64,000 nt of DNA, from contig OY740812.1 in the NCBI GenBank assembly GCA_963514005.1, positions 20,274,001-20,338,000 on the forward strand, in the 5' to 3' direction. Positions 24,073 to 36,734 of the stretch are shown here, piece after piece. Positions within the stretch are counted from its first letter, which is position 1. Every line of letters starts with the position of its first letter. The notes beneath the pieces were generated by a model. That model ran no database searches. It saw only the letters and a program-made list of their open reading frames with translations, and was not told where the DNA came from. The translations under genes and the position numbers were made by a program. The DNA comes from Raja brachyura (lineage: Eukaryota).

Positions 24073-24605
24073 AGGGCCTGTCCTGCCAGCATCCGACTCC
24101 ATGCTATGAGCGCGATCAAACTAGAAGCGGGGGCCGTGCGGAGGTCGGGTGATCCCTGTACAGGGCAGTTCCCAACAGCATGCACCTGCATGCGGCAAGC
24201 GCGACCAAACCGGCAGCGAGGGCCGCGCGGAGGTCGGGTGAGTGGCGCAACGCGGCGCAAAGTGAGGCGAACTTGGAGCGAAGTCTTAAGGTAAGTTCGC
24301 CAGGACAGAGAGGGGCACACAGAGAGAGGCACAGAGGCACACACACAGGGGGCCATGGAGCCACACACATAGAGGGTCACGGAGGCACCTACAGATAGGT
24401 TCACGGAGGCGACAAGCCGTTGCCGCGCGGAATTTTTGAACATAGTCAGTTTTTCGGAGCCCCGCGCGATGTCGGGACGAACTCCGCACAATTCCGCACG
24501 GCTCCGGTGATCGAAGTGGGACCGGCCCCGCGACGCCGGACGGCTCAAGCGACCACGTTAGGTCGTGCTCATCGCATGAAGTTGCATGCTGGTGGGTCAG
24601 GCCCT
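24073..24605. mobile_element. PIF/Harbinger MITE, 533 bp, CpG-rich
   Basis: TAA|agggcctgtcctgccagcat ... atgctggtgggtcaggccct|TAA; imperfect ~40-bp TIRs; 3-bp TWA TSD. Confidence 0.9.
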
Positions 24606-25092
24606 TAAGGCTCCAACTCTACCTCTGCACCATCGTGTTCTATGTTCAATGAATATTTTCATAGCATTGAACCAATGAGCGCAATTCACAAATGCATGCT
24701 AGTGGTAAACATCACAACATGGTCGGGCACTGTTATTCCTGGCACTTGCATATCTGTTCAGTCTGAAAAGTTGCATAGCAAAGTTAGATCTAGCAGGACA
24801 TGCAATAAAACAAAAGGTTTAATGAACTGATTGAATTACATGAACAAACACCACAGAGTGAGAACAGAATTAAAATAATTTGATTTGACTCAATGGCAAA
24901 TAATAATAAGCAGAGAACAAGAAACAGACTGAACATGGGGAGGCTGACAGAAGCAGAAAAAGTGGATGGATAAAACAAACAAGGATGTTTTAACTGAGCC
25001 CGGGGCAGATGTCTGCCGAGATAGTAGATTTTGATGGTTTTCAGCAGATGGGTTCCGTGAAATATATCCTGACACGGCTACAACTCGGACTA

Positions 25093-25190
25093 CATTCCTT
25101 CTCTCCAGAGATGCTGCCTGTCCCGCTGAGTTACTCCAGCATTTTGTGTCTATCTTCGGTTTAAACCAGCATCTGCAGTTCTTTCCCACA
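25093..25190 (+). mobile_element. Penelope terminal module, downstream half only
   Basis: cattccttctctccagagatgctgcctgtcccgctgagttactccagc...aaaccagcatctgcagtt. Confidence 0.75.
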
Positions 25191-25389
25191 CTGCTGCAGT
25201 TAAGTTGGATGCCAAATAATTTCTCTGCAACTGATAAAATCCATAGAATGACCGAGTGTAGTTGGGTAAAATTTGATCCAAATGTGAGGGAATCAAGGAA
25301 AAATAAAACAAGAACATTAGAGAACTGTTTGAGAGACCAATAAGTAGCAATTTTGAATGGTGTTACAGGATTGTGAAAGAATTGTATCG

Positions 25390-25920
25390 AGAGTCAGAGA
25401 GTCATACAGTAGTGAAACAGGCCATTCCACCTCACTTGTCCACACCAACCAACATGCCCCATCTACACTGGTCCCACCTGCCTGCTTTTGGCCCATATCG
25501 CTCTAAACCTACCATAGCCAAGTACCTGTCTAAATGTTTTTTAAACATTGCGATAGTACATGCCTCAACTACCTCCTCCGGCAGCTAGTTCCATATACCC
25601 ACCAATCTTTGTGTAAACAGGTTGCCCCTCTGATTCCCTTTAAATCTTTCCCACCTCACCTTAAATCCACGTCCTCTGGTTTTCCATTCCTCTACTTTGG
25701 TTAACCTCTATTCCTCTCATGATTTTGTACACCTCTATAAGATCACCCCTCATCCTCCTGTGCTCCAAGGAATACACCTCTAGCCAGCTCAACCTCTCCC
25801 TATAGCTCAGTCCCACGAGTCCTGGCAACATCCTGATAAATCTTCCCTGAACCCTTTCAAGCTTGATTCCATGGTGATCCGTTAACATGGTGACCAAAAC
25901 TGAACACAATACTCTAAATT
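25390..25920 (-). mobile_element. CR1/HER1 3' fragment
   Basis: KLERVQGRFIRMLPGL...RRMRGDLIEVYKIMRGI in ORF 25661-25993(-). Confidence 0.9.
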
Positions 25921-27259
25921 CAACGTGCATCATATCTAGTGAATTAGAGTGTTTCACAAGAATTTGTGTCAACAAGCACAGTTGGCCTATCATGAGTCAT
26001 TATAGTGGCAGCAGACCTAGGATAGGAGGGAGACAATTCACATTCAGAGCAAAACTGTGGACAGTCGAATCAGTGATTCAATATGCCTTTGAAATCATTT
26101 GTCTCCGGTATTGATACTTGAACAAGGTATGTTGACTTGTTGGAAGATTATAACTTCGTTGTAACAGCACATGCATGACATAGGACTCCAAAATGAAATG
26201 CTGAGCATTTAACATCAAAATTGGAAGAGATTACATTGTTGCGGGTTATATCTATCAGGCACCAATCAGGTTCTCTTCACTATTATGTGCAGTTGGCGGT
26301 CAAGAGAGTCAACAACCTCAAGTTCCTGGGTGTGCATATGTCTAGACTGTGGGATTGGTGTAGATGGGACATCTTAATCAGCATGGGCAAGTTGAGCGGA
26401 AGGGCCTGTCCAATCCGAAACAATGTGAAGAAGTTCAGTGGCTGAGTCATTTGGAGGATAATTTTGAAAACAGCATTAATTATTTGGTAGTTTCAAGGAA
26501 TTGGCATGGATTTCATCTCATGTTTGCAACCTGACCTCGTTTTTATTGAACCAGCAGCGGCTAGTATGAGACCTACTCACAATTGGGAGGGCACAAAAAA
26601 ACAAACAGGTATCTATTCTTAATGGTAAACACTGACATCTTATAGGAGGGGGTGTCTCCATCAGTTAAGAGATAGTAGGGAACATTATGTTGCAGCAAGA
26701 GTTAGGACTCCCAGTCTCTCATGGGTAAAGAATATTGAGTCATAGTTACAGAAGGGCATATAAATGGTGGAAAATGTCAGTGTTTTTCTCCTTAGGACAT
26801 GTCTTTTGGAATGAATGATTGTACCAAGATTCATTCTTCCTCATGTCCTCTCCTATTCTCAACTTACTCCTTGTGAAACTCTGCTATAACTTGGAACCAC
26901 CAAACCTTACACCCTTACTTCCCAAGTCCTACCCTTCAACTTGAAATGTGTTTGTGTTAACACAAGTTGCAACTAATTCATAATGATGGAGCAGGATTCA
27001 CTCAACACCAGACAGAAACGTCAACATACATGTATTTTGGGGTGAGCCCACAAACCTTTTAACTTCAAGGTAAGAGATCCCAACTGAGTCAAAGAAGGCA
27101 CCAGTTTAAGCAATTCCCATCCATGCCATACTGCGCACAAAAAAATGTTGCAACTGTTGGAATTTGTAGTGAATAAAATGATGTCTATTCATTTCCTTTC
27201 ATCACACTTCAATGTTGCTAATGCCATAATTAAACAATTTTCTTAGCTTTGTTTTTCAG

Positions 27260-27300
27260 AATATATCTCGTTTGGATGAACCTTACAAAGATGCAGTAAG
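27260..27300 (+). CDS. Candidate internal micro-exon of an unidentified host gene (NISRLDEPYKDA[VR])
   Basis: Acceptor ttttcttagctttgtttttcAG; donor GCA|GTAAGG (36 nt, phase 0-0) or AAG|GTATAC (41 nt); lies in TE-free sequence; protein not recognised. Confidence 0.35.
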
Positions 27301-27854
27301 GTATACGGTTCTAGTAAGATTACTATAGTTTCATTAATTGTCTTTCATCATACTTCAATATTGCTAAAGCCATTATTCAGCAATTTTCTCAGCTTTCCAT
27401 TTAGGAATATATCTCTTAAAGATTCAGTAAGGTATAAGGTTCCAGTAAGTTTACTATATATACCAGTACATAATATTGTATCAATCAGGGAGCAGTGTAT
27501 GATCAACCGATGTCATGCTAAGAATATCCACCCTATAATTGTACCAAAGCATAATGAAAAATCTTTTTCTGTGCCTGTGTAGTAATACTGGTATAGTTTT
27601 TATGGTTTTGCACATTGCAGGATGTGGCCACAATGTACTTGGCATTTTGAGCCTCCCCTTTCTGAATCTCTACATTTGAATTAGGTTTTTATTTAAATGT
27701 ATCTTTGGAAGGAAATAAGTGCAGCCTGGTTATTTGTGCAAGGAATGAAATGGGCTTGCAAAGTGAAAAATAATAAACAGCCACCAAAGAAATTCTAATT
27801 TTTCCAGCACCATAACAATTCTATGATTCTGCATGATTCTACAATCAACCTCTC

Positions 27855-28020
27855 CAATGCTGAATCATTTTAACTCCTCTCCCCATTCCCATATTCAGTC
27901 CTCTGTCTCCTACATTGCCAAACTAAGTCCACACACAAACTGGAGAACAGCACCTCATGTTCTGCTTAGGTAGCTTACCACCCAATGGCATGAACATTGA
28001 ATTTTTCAATTTCAAGTAAT
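27855..28020 (+). mobile_element. Old Penelope GIY-YIG C-terminal remnant
   Basis: Homologous to 55640-55800 (HFNS...KL.EQHL.F.LGSL.P.GMNIEF). Confidence 0.75.
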
Positions 28021-28209
28021 ACCCCCCTTATTTGGATTGAGTGTCGGGTGGCTCATGAAAATACAATATTGCTTATTGGGCAGAAAATATTTTGTTCGTC
28101 ATTTTATCTTTTCTTACCTTCTCTTTTTTGTTGTTTAATGTACCACGCAGGACACTACCATCGTTCCTTGCTCACATATTATTGCCGCAATAAGAAAATA
28201 AAGTTGGCA

Positions 28210-28495
28210 CAGGGTGGCACAGTGGCGCAACTGGTAGAGCTGATGCCTTGCAGCACCAAAGACTCAGGTACAATCCTGACCTCAGGTGCTGTCTGTGTGG
28301 AGTTTATACATTCGGCCTGTGGCTGCACGGGTTTCCTACAGGTGCACCGGTTTCCTGCCGCATCCCAAAGACGTGCGTGCATTGGCAGCTAATTGACCTC
28401 TGTATATTGCCCCTAATGTTTAAGTGAGAATATGAAAGTGGGATAACATTTAATTGTGTGATCAATGGTTCGTGTGGATTCTGTGGGCTGTTTAT
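28210..28495 (+). mobile_element. Older V-SINE
   Basis: gggtggcacagtggcgcaactggtagagc...ggtacaatcctgacc...ccggtttcctgccgcatcccaaagacgtgc. Confidence 0.8.
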
Positions 28496-29049
28496 TTCAA
28501 TTAATTCACTGAAAGCCAGAGGAAAAAATGACCAGCAATTTGGAATCATACCATGTACTGTATCCATTGTGCTGAGTTGAGGTTTTAACATCATGACTTA
28601 AAGTTAGAAATTTTGAACGTTGACAGAAATGTAACAAGATCCAGATGGGGTTCCTCATTCCTAAATTGGGCAAACGTGTTTCAACCCATGAGGTTGAAAA
28701 ATAAAATGACCTGCCTATTCTAAGAAATAATGTTGGTTTTCCCACAATGGAAGCTGGGTCCAAGGTTTCCAAGGTTAGAAACAGAACAATCTTTAAATTT
28801 TACCTTTCACTAAAAATCAAGTCCAACATAATATGTTAAAAAAACGTAAACCCATTTGTTTAGTTTAGACGAGTTTAGTTGAGTTTAGCTTGGTTTAGTT
28901 TAGTTTGGTTTTTAGTTTAGTTCAGAGATACAGCATAATGTAGGTGAATAATGTTTCTGTAATCTGTGACAAAGGTTTATGAAATATTGTATTGGAAAAC
29001 ATCCTCAAGTACAAAACTGGAAACACTCTCATGTCAAAATATTCCATTG

Positions 29050-29720
29050 ATGAGAAGGATGAGGAAGGACCTCATTGAAATTTACCAAATAGTGAAAGGC
29101 CTGGATAGAGTGGATGTGGAGAGGATGTTTCCACTAGTGGGAGAGTCAAGGACCAGAGGCCATAGCCTCAGAATAAAAGGATGTACCTTTAGAAAGGAGA
29201 CGAGGAGGAATTTCATTAGTCATAGGGTGGTGAACCTGTGGAATTCATTGCCACTGATGGCGGTGGAGGCCAAGTTATTTGGTATTTTTAAGGCACAGCA
29301 CCCAATCAAGGTACCGGCCCTTTTTAAAATCCCTTCTGCAATCTACATAAACTACCCCATGTCTACTCCACCATTGAGTCATGGATGATCCATCTTTCCC
29401 TCTCAACCCCATTCTCCTGCCTCTCCCCATAACCTTTCACACACTTACTTATCAAGAATCTGCATAACTCCATTTTTAAAGTACCCAATCATTTGGCTTC
29501 CACAGCCATCGGTGGCAATGCATTCCACAGATTCACCACCCTCTGAATAAAGAAATTCCCCTCCTCATCTCCTTTCTAAAGGGCCTGTCACGCAGATGGC
29601 ACGCAAAGATTTTGTACATCCCAAAATCCTGGGGCGATGCGCGCGACCGCGCGTCACTGCCTACGTCGCCACAAAATAGCAGAACTATTTGTATTAGCTG
29701 CATATTCCTTGATTCCTTTA
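29050..29720. mobile_element. Two oppositely oriented CR1 3' fragments (+ 29050-29295, - ~29300-29720) with a Harbinger MITE remnant at ~29580-29670
   Basis: RRMRKDLIEIYQIVKGLDRVDVERMFPLVGESRTRGHSLRIKG; inverted tail; aagggcctgtcac TIR-like start. Confidence 0.75.
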
Positions 29721-30777
29721 ATATCCAAAATTCCACCTGATCTTTGCCTTGAATTACTCAGTAACTGAGGCTTCACTGCCTTCTAGAAAGGTGGATTCCA
29801 AGGATTCACTCATCATAGGATGTAGAAATTGCTACACATTTCACAGCAGAAAATTTACCTCATTGTGTGAAAAAAGTTTAAAATGGAACACGGTGTCTTA
29901 ACTTGGGCAAGTACACATGCAAAGATGAAAACAAGTAAAGTTGCCATGACATAGTTGACCCATACATCGGAAGGAACACTCTGGCATCACTTTGTGTCAG
30001 AACAAAAAACAAACCAAAATTTCCAGCGCCGCTATGGAAGTGGAAGAAGGTCATGCACTGGAAAAGCCAGAATGTTTAAGGATTCTCGGAGAGTTCAATG
30101 AGTTTGATGTAATTTGAGATTTTACTGTACGAGAAAGAATGCAGTGTGAGCGCAAGGTCGAAGGTGAGCCTTCAATCGTATGAAAACATGGGAAATAGTT
30201 AAAGGCGTCAGTTGTTGGTGGCATTCAGAAAATGGGAACATATCCCAACACATACCAGCTGCCATCTGTGGTATCACATACAGGGGTAGAACTTGCTGGT
30301 CACTTCCCAGAAAACAGGACAGCTTTCAAAGCAGGATGTCCAGTGTCTGCCCTGGATCTGTCTTACTGGACATCAGTATCAGGCCCCCTCTAGAAATAAA
30401 TATCAAGGCTAGGAAGCAAGAATTCTCTTCTGATTTGCCCCCAACTCCCCAACACTATGTTTAGGTTTGGATATTGTAGAGGATTTCCTGCAACCACCAG
30501 CCTCAGCCATTCCTTCCTGGAAGCTGTGTCGCCAACATTCGCCCAGTCAGGACATTGGGAAAAGTAGGGTTTTGGCATGTCCACTTCCAGTCCTAGTCCT
30601 GCAGCAGCCAAGGAGTCTAAATACCTTCTGTCTAGTTGGCATTAGTTTGCTCTATATCTCTCCATATGGTATATTTTTACAATTTAATGGTTCAGCATAG
30701 GCAACTGTTACTACACAGACCATGATCCTTCTATTGTTTGATGAGACTTCCCATTGTTAAAACATCTGTATATAGAC

Positions 30778-31092
30778 GATAGACACAAAATGCTGGAGTA
30801 ATGCAACGGGACAGGCAGCACCTCTGGAGAGAAGGAATGGGTGACGCTTTTGGTTAAGATCCATCTTCACACTGTGAGTCAGGGGAGAGGGTCTAGAGAT
30901 ATGGAAGAGTAAGGTGTGAAAATGACAGATCAAAGCAGACGATGAGAAGGAAATGTAGAATGGTTCATTGTCAGTTGAGGGGATGGTGGTAAGGAGGCAT
31001 ACAATCAGTAAAATTAATCAGAAAGACAGTGAAACGAATTGGAGAACTTGGGTGAGGGAGGGACGGAAAGAGAAGGAAAGCAAGGGTTACAA
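30778..31092 (-). mobile_element. Penelope 3' UTR and terminal repeat
   Basis: Homologous to 55900-56130 and 56180-56400 in reverse. Confidence 0.75.
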
Positions 31093-31268
31093 AATTATAT
31101 ACATTATACAATATACGTTATATACAATATACATTTCAGGATATTTAATTTTTAACAATACACTGTGATATGTTCAATACTTGTAGGTATTAATACCTTA
31201 AATAAAAAGTACTGCTGCAAAGTTAAATGCCTCAACTTGTTACCTGCTACAGTTTCTTGATCATTATC

Positions 31269-32303
31269 TAGGTATGTTACAAAACTTACCTTTAGCGGCG
31301 CTGCACTTCTGCCGCTCCCCGTGTGCGCGACTTTAGCGCCTTGCAGAGGGGGGCGGGCTTAAAGTGCCGATTTTCACCAGACCAGGATAATCGATGAATG
31401 TCGGGCGATTTAATTGCGGAAGAAAAATCGCTCCGACATTTCATCCATTAAGGTATTTTTAAATTACTCTAAGTTATTTGTTAACTAGAGTAATTTAAAA
31501 ATCACCTTCAAAAGCCGTGACCGCAGACCACCGGAAGCATTTTCCGTAGGGGAGAAAAAAAGGTAAATACTTTATTTTTTTATTAAAAGTTGGTTTTTCG
31601 GGAGGCATAAATACTATTTTAATGTTGCGAAATGGGGTCCCCAAAAAATGTATGAACCCCCAGTATTTTTCCTCCCGACTTCACCGCTAACCGCAACGTT
31701 CCAATCCACCGCATTCCACTAAAACCCACTCGCTAGTTGATTTAAATGGCCATTTATTTACAGGCATTAAACACTAAATTCCTTCCATTTGGCCCAGAAA
31801 TTCATGAAAATGAGATTTAAAAATTATGTTATATTGTGGATTATTGTGTGAATGTTATTTGGACACTTAGGCAATTAAAAAAAAGTTTATCTTTTCTTAA
31901 GAAATTGATAGATGTTTAGATCTACTCATTGAATTTTGTAATTAGCTACAATTAGATAACTAACTAATTATATACTTTAATTTCAGGTAATCCAAGTAAG
32001 ATTGTTTAATATTTGTTTCAGAATGCTTCAATCTATAATGACTGAAAATTTCATTGAGTTCTCTTAATTTTTAATAAAGTTATGGGCTTTTAATTTTTCC
32101 AGATCACAGCTTTTGAGTTAAGTCAATTGAAAGGCAATGGGAAGCAAGATACTCATTTCCGAGCATGAAAATGGCCATAACTTTCTTAATACTGAAGATA
32201 TGAAAGTAAATTAGGTGTCAAATTAAACTTCTTGTTATGCTTTATCTGATGGGATAAATTGCAGACTTGATTTTTAAAATCTCAAAATTTTGTAACATTG
32301 CTA
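31269..32303. mobile_element. ~1-kb non-autonomous TIR DNA transposon, 7-bp TSD (copy 2)
   Basis: cattatc|TAGGTATGTTACAAAACTT ... AAATTTTGTAACATTGCTA|cattatc; colinear with 23013-24020. Confidence 0.92.
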
Positions 32304-32559
32304 CATTATCATGCTGAATCGACTAAGAACCTGTCTGCCTACAAGTGGCACTAGTGGCAAATATAGAACACCATAATTTTGTTCACCATTAAAGCTTAAT
32401 ACAGTTTTGAAGACATCCCTGCCGCATGTCTCGAAAGCAACTTTGGTATAAATCTGCCAAAGTAACAAAATGGGGACTTTGTATGTGCGTATCAAAAGAA
32501 AAAAGAGGCTCTGATTTAGTGGTCCTGATGCGGTGACTGGCATTCATTGTCACAGATGG

Positions 32560-33160
32560 TCTGTGGAGGCCAAGTCAATGGATATTTTTAAGGCAGAAAT
32601 TGGCAGATTCTTGATTAATGCAGGTGTCAAAGGTTATGGGGAGAAGGCAGGAGAATGAGGTTGAGAGGGTAAGATAGATCACCCATGTTTGAATGGTGGA
32701 TGTAACTTGATGGGCCGAATGGGCTAATTCTGCACCAAGAACTTATGAACTTATGAATTTATGAAGTTATTAATGAAAGAAAAAGACAATGAGCGCAATG
32801 ATAAATGTGGGATGATACAGCTCCACTGGGAAAAGAATGATGGCTAAAAAAGATGCAGCACTTATCTTGGTTAGCAAAACATGTTACTTTAACAGGGCTG
32901 AGGCTCTTTGTCAGAACCCAGAAGTGAAAGTCATAGAGTTACACAACACGGAAACAGGCCCTTTGGCCCAACCTGTCCATGCCAACCAAGATGCCCCATC
33001 TAAGCGAGCCCTATTTGCTCGTACTTGGCCCATATCCCTGTGAACCTTTCCGATCCATGTATCTGTCCAAATGTATTTTAGATGTTATTATTGTCCCTGC
33101 CTCAACTACCTCCTCTCACAGCTCGTTCCATATGCCCAACACCCACTGAGTGAAAAAATC
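32560..33160. mobile_element. CR1 3' tails (+ 32560-32765, - 32930-33160)
   Basis: ctgtggaggccaagtcaatggatatttttaaggc...(acttatga)n; gaaacaggccctttggccc. Confidence 0.8.
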
Positions 33161-33819
33161 TTAATTGTTTCTCTATACACAGATGCCGCCTGACATGTTG
33201 CGTATTTCTAACATTTTATGCGGCGTTATCATTTCCAATTTCCAGCACCTGCAGTTTTTCGTTTTCCAAACATCATGGCTAAGTTGCATTCCATGACCTA
33301 TTTATAAAACCTTATATCACAATAGCTTCATAGTGTTTGCAAGTTTACATCCAGATACTTGTGCAGATACAAGATCTGAAGCTGTTTTGATATAACAGGT
33401 TTGGAATGCAGAAATAATGTACTGAAGCTTGCATTTTGCAATGAAGCAATCTCGAAATCTTATCAGGTTGAAATTCCAGAAGTGATTAAAATACTTAAAG
33501 AGATTTTCCCAATTTTTAAGTTGACCATGACACTTGGACTTGTCTGTGTGTGTTTTGCTTTCATACATTGCTTCATTAACACAAGTCATGCCTTGATAAC
33601 ATAAACACCATTTGCTACTACACACCGCTACACCTTCTGTGTGTATGTGGGCATTCTATATTTTCACATATATTCAACAGGGTGGTATATTTTTCTTATT
33701 AAATATCACATTTCTGAAGTGCATTAACAGTACCAGGTAAATGCTAATGCCTAGAAATTGCACTGCACCGATTTTTGATGAGCTAAAACTTTAATATATT
33801 TCTTGAAAGATGCTGCAGG

Positions 33820-34120
33820 GAAACAGGCCCTTCGGCCCATCAAGCCCACACCAACCATTGATCACCCGTTCACACCAGTTCTATGTTATCCCACTTTCGC
33901 ACCTACTCCCTACACACAAGGGGCAATTCACAGAGGCTGATTAACCTACAAGCCCACAAGTCTTTGGGATGTGGGAGGAAAGCAAAGCACCCATAGGACA
34001 CCCAGAGGAAATTCACGGGGAAAAGGTGCAAACTCCATACAGACAGCACCTGAGGTCAGAATCGAACCCGGGTCTCTGGAGGTGTGAGGCAGCAGCTCTA
34101 CCAGCTGCGCCATTGTGCTG
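33820..34120 (-). mobile_element. V-SINE
   Basis: Reverse head atcgaacccgggtctctggaggtgtgaggcagcagctctaccagctgcgcca. Confidence 0.85.
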
Positions 34121-34859
34121 TCTGCATTCTATCAGGTCCCCTGAAATAGGAGTGAAAAGGAATCATCTTCAAACTTTAGAACTATCTATGATGACTAAGA
34201 TTGTGCAGGTTCATAAGTTATGGTGCAGAATGAGGCCATTCGGCCCATCAAGTCTACTCCGCCATTCAATCATGGCTGATCTATCTTTCCCTCTCAAATC
34301 CATTCTACTATCGTCTCCCCATAACCCCTGACACCCGTACTAATCAACAATCAAGAAACAAGTCTGCAAAAGTTTTGCATATATAACTCAGTTTTAGAGG
34401 TTACAGAGGAAACAAAACAATTTAGAAGATTATATGAGCCACCAGCTAACAAAAGATTAAAAAGTTTAATAGATGAGATATTCAATAGGCTGGTCAAATA
34501 GTCAGTGGAATAACTTACTAACCATTTGTCATATTTAGTTGTATGAAAGTCCTATCAACGTACAATGGAAACTTAATGAATGGCTGATTGTGGAAGCTTC
34601 ACCACATATCGAATATGGTTCTACAGTTCAACTTAAGAATCAAGTAAACCTATGAAAGGGCATACACTACGGCTGTCCAATATCACATGCTATTTTACTT
34701 CTTTAAAACTTTTAAAACTTTAAATCTTGTTTGTGCAAATCAGACAGAAAAACAAATCAGATGATTATCTTGTTTTTATTTTTATTATATTAGTTGAGGG
34801 GTGATATTTGCTGGAGCACCTTAGCTGTGGAAGTTGGGGTGAGATTATCTCTTCTGCTT

Positions 34860-35008
34860 CGTTTCATCGGATTTGAGAGGACATCTACAACAGAAAAGCA
34901 CTCCCTCTGTGCAGCACTCCGCCTGTCTGGACCAAGTCTTCAAGCCATGGAGTGGTACTTAAACATTTATAGTCTCCTGACTCATTGGCAATAATGCTAC
35001 CAATGGAT
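34860..35008 (-). mobile_element. Second Deu-SINE (SacSINE1-like) remnant, 5' part
   Basis: agcactccctctgtgcagcact...ggagtggtacttaaac...ctgactca...tgctacc is the reverse of the tRNA head plus the Deu-domain start. Confidence 0.5.
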
Positions 35009-35524
35009 AGAAAAGGTTTAGAGGGATGTGGGCCAAATGTGGGCACGTGGGACTAGTGTAGATGAGGCACCTTGTTCAGTATTGGCAAGTCGGGTTGAAG
35101 TGCCTGTTTCCATGCTACATGACTCTATGACTCTATAATGTTGACAGCTTATGTGCATCAGAAAAGATTTTAAATATGCAATGTCAGTAAAAGCACAACA
35201 ATCTAGCATTGTGTTCTTACTTCAACCAGAACTCACTAATATACACTACAATTGTTATATGTTAGTGAATAACTTAAATTGAGGGGTCACAAAATGTAGC
35301 TTGTGTTAACATGCAGAACCTCTGGCTTATTTATCATAAATGTAATTTCTAACACTCAGTGCACAGTATATAGGAAAATGTGCAGCTATTTTATTTCTAT
35401 ATATTACAAACATATTTAAAATATGTCATTAGAAATATCAACAACTTTCTTTTACAAATCTGTACAGTTTTTAAATGATTGGTAGACGTTCTTTGATTGG
35501 GAAGAACTATCAGTAAACATAGGT

Positions 35525-35825
35525 TCATTAGTTCATAGGTGATATGACTCGAATTAGGCCATTTGGTCCATCAAGTCTGCTCCGCCATTCATTCTATCCT
35601 TTCCTCCTAACCCCATTCTCCTGCCTTCTTCCCATAACCCCTGACAGTTGTACTAATCAAGAATCAAGTTGTACTAATCAAGAATCTATCTATCTCTGGC
35701 TAAAAAATATCCATTGACTTGGCCTCCACAGCCTTCTGCAGCAAATAATTCCACAGATTCGCCACCCTAAAGAAATTCCTCCTCATCTCCTCCCTAAAGG
35801 AACATAATTTAATTCTGATGCTGTG
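35525..35825 (-). mobile_element. CR1 3' end
   Basis: ccattgacttggcctccacagcc...ttccacagattc; small internal duplication gttgtactaatcaagaatc. Confidence 0.85.
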
Positions 35826-36734
35826 CTCAACGTGACCTTGACCTTGAGGGAAACTAGGCACCAATGTTCAACCTAACTTTGCCGTCTTAAAAAAAACGAC
35901 ACAGCTAACATAATGATGCTATTGAACAATGAGTAGGATCTGAAGATGTTTTTAGTGAACTCATTTTATTAGCTCACCTCAAGCTGGTTCCTGGCAGTCC
36001 CACAGATCCAGGCAGCATTTCTTCCTCGTTTGTTTTTTGTTTCCATCTAGTTGCGTCTTTGGGGTTATTGGCCTATTTTACCGCAGATGGCCTTTTCTTA
36101 TAATATTTGCTTCACGCTGATCGCCAGCCTTATACTGTAGGGCCTTTTTAAAAATAATTCCTTGTTAGACTAAATGTCTGCACACCTCTAACGCAAGTTC
36201 AAAGGCAGACAATAAAGCAACTCAGGTATAATGCACCTTGTTAAACTGGGCTGTAAAAACCACGTGGTGACTTCAGCTTCTGTATTGCAGATGTTTGTAA
36301 ACTACATGTTATGTCGTTAATGTGTAATTATTATGAGAGGCATGGTTTCATTAAGCAGCAGTATCTCCCTGGCAGCAGATGTTTCCACAACTTCAAAAGC
36401 AGCTTGATGAACAATAAAGATGCTTGTATTTCAACCCGTGTGAGTTTGTGGTCTTTACAATGATGAAAATAGTTTTTTTTAATTGCTATTCTACCTTACA
36501 AAAACACACTATTTCAACTAGAGAGAAAATTAGACTAATCCTATTTCTAGAGTACATTATTTTGAACAAAGTATTCCAATTTCTTAAAAGTTAACATGGA
36601 AATGTGTAATATGGGCAAGTTGATTAAGGCAACATCGAAAGTCCCACGTAGTAAAGATGTGACAACCTTTTTCAATAGCATTCCAATTTGGTGCAAATAC
36701 AAGTTTGGAGGATGGTGAGAAATTTGGGGTATTG

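Larger units (their letters stand above)
22690..24640 (-). mobile_element. HE1-like SINE broken into four pieces by nested insertions
   Basis: Pieces 22690-22788, 22867-23012, 24021-24072 and 24606-24640 rejoin into one colinear SINE. Confidence 0.85.

Noticed and set aside
24060-24608. Multiple overlapping ORFs and CpG-island appearance
   Set aside because: All fall within a young GC-rich Harbinger MITE.
33317-33625. Overlapping ORFs on both strands in unique sequence
   Set aside because: No recognisable domain and no convincing splice pair.
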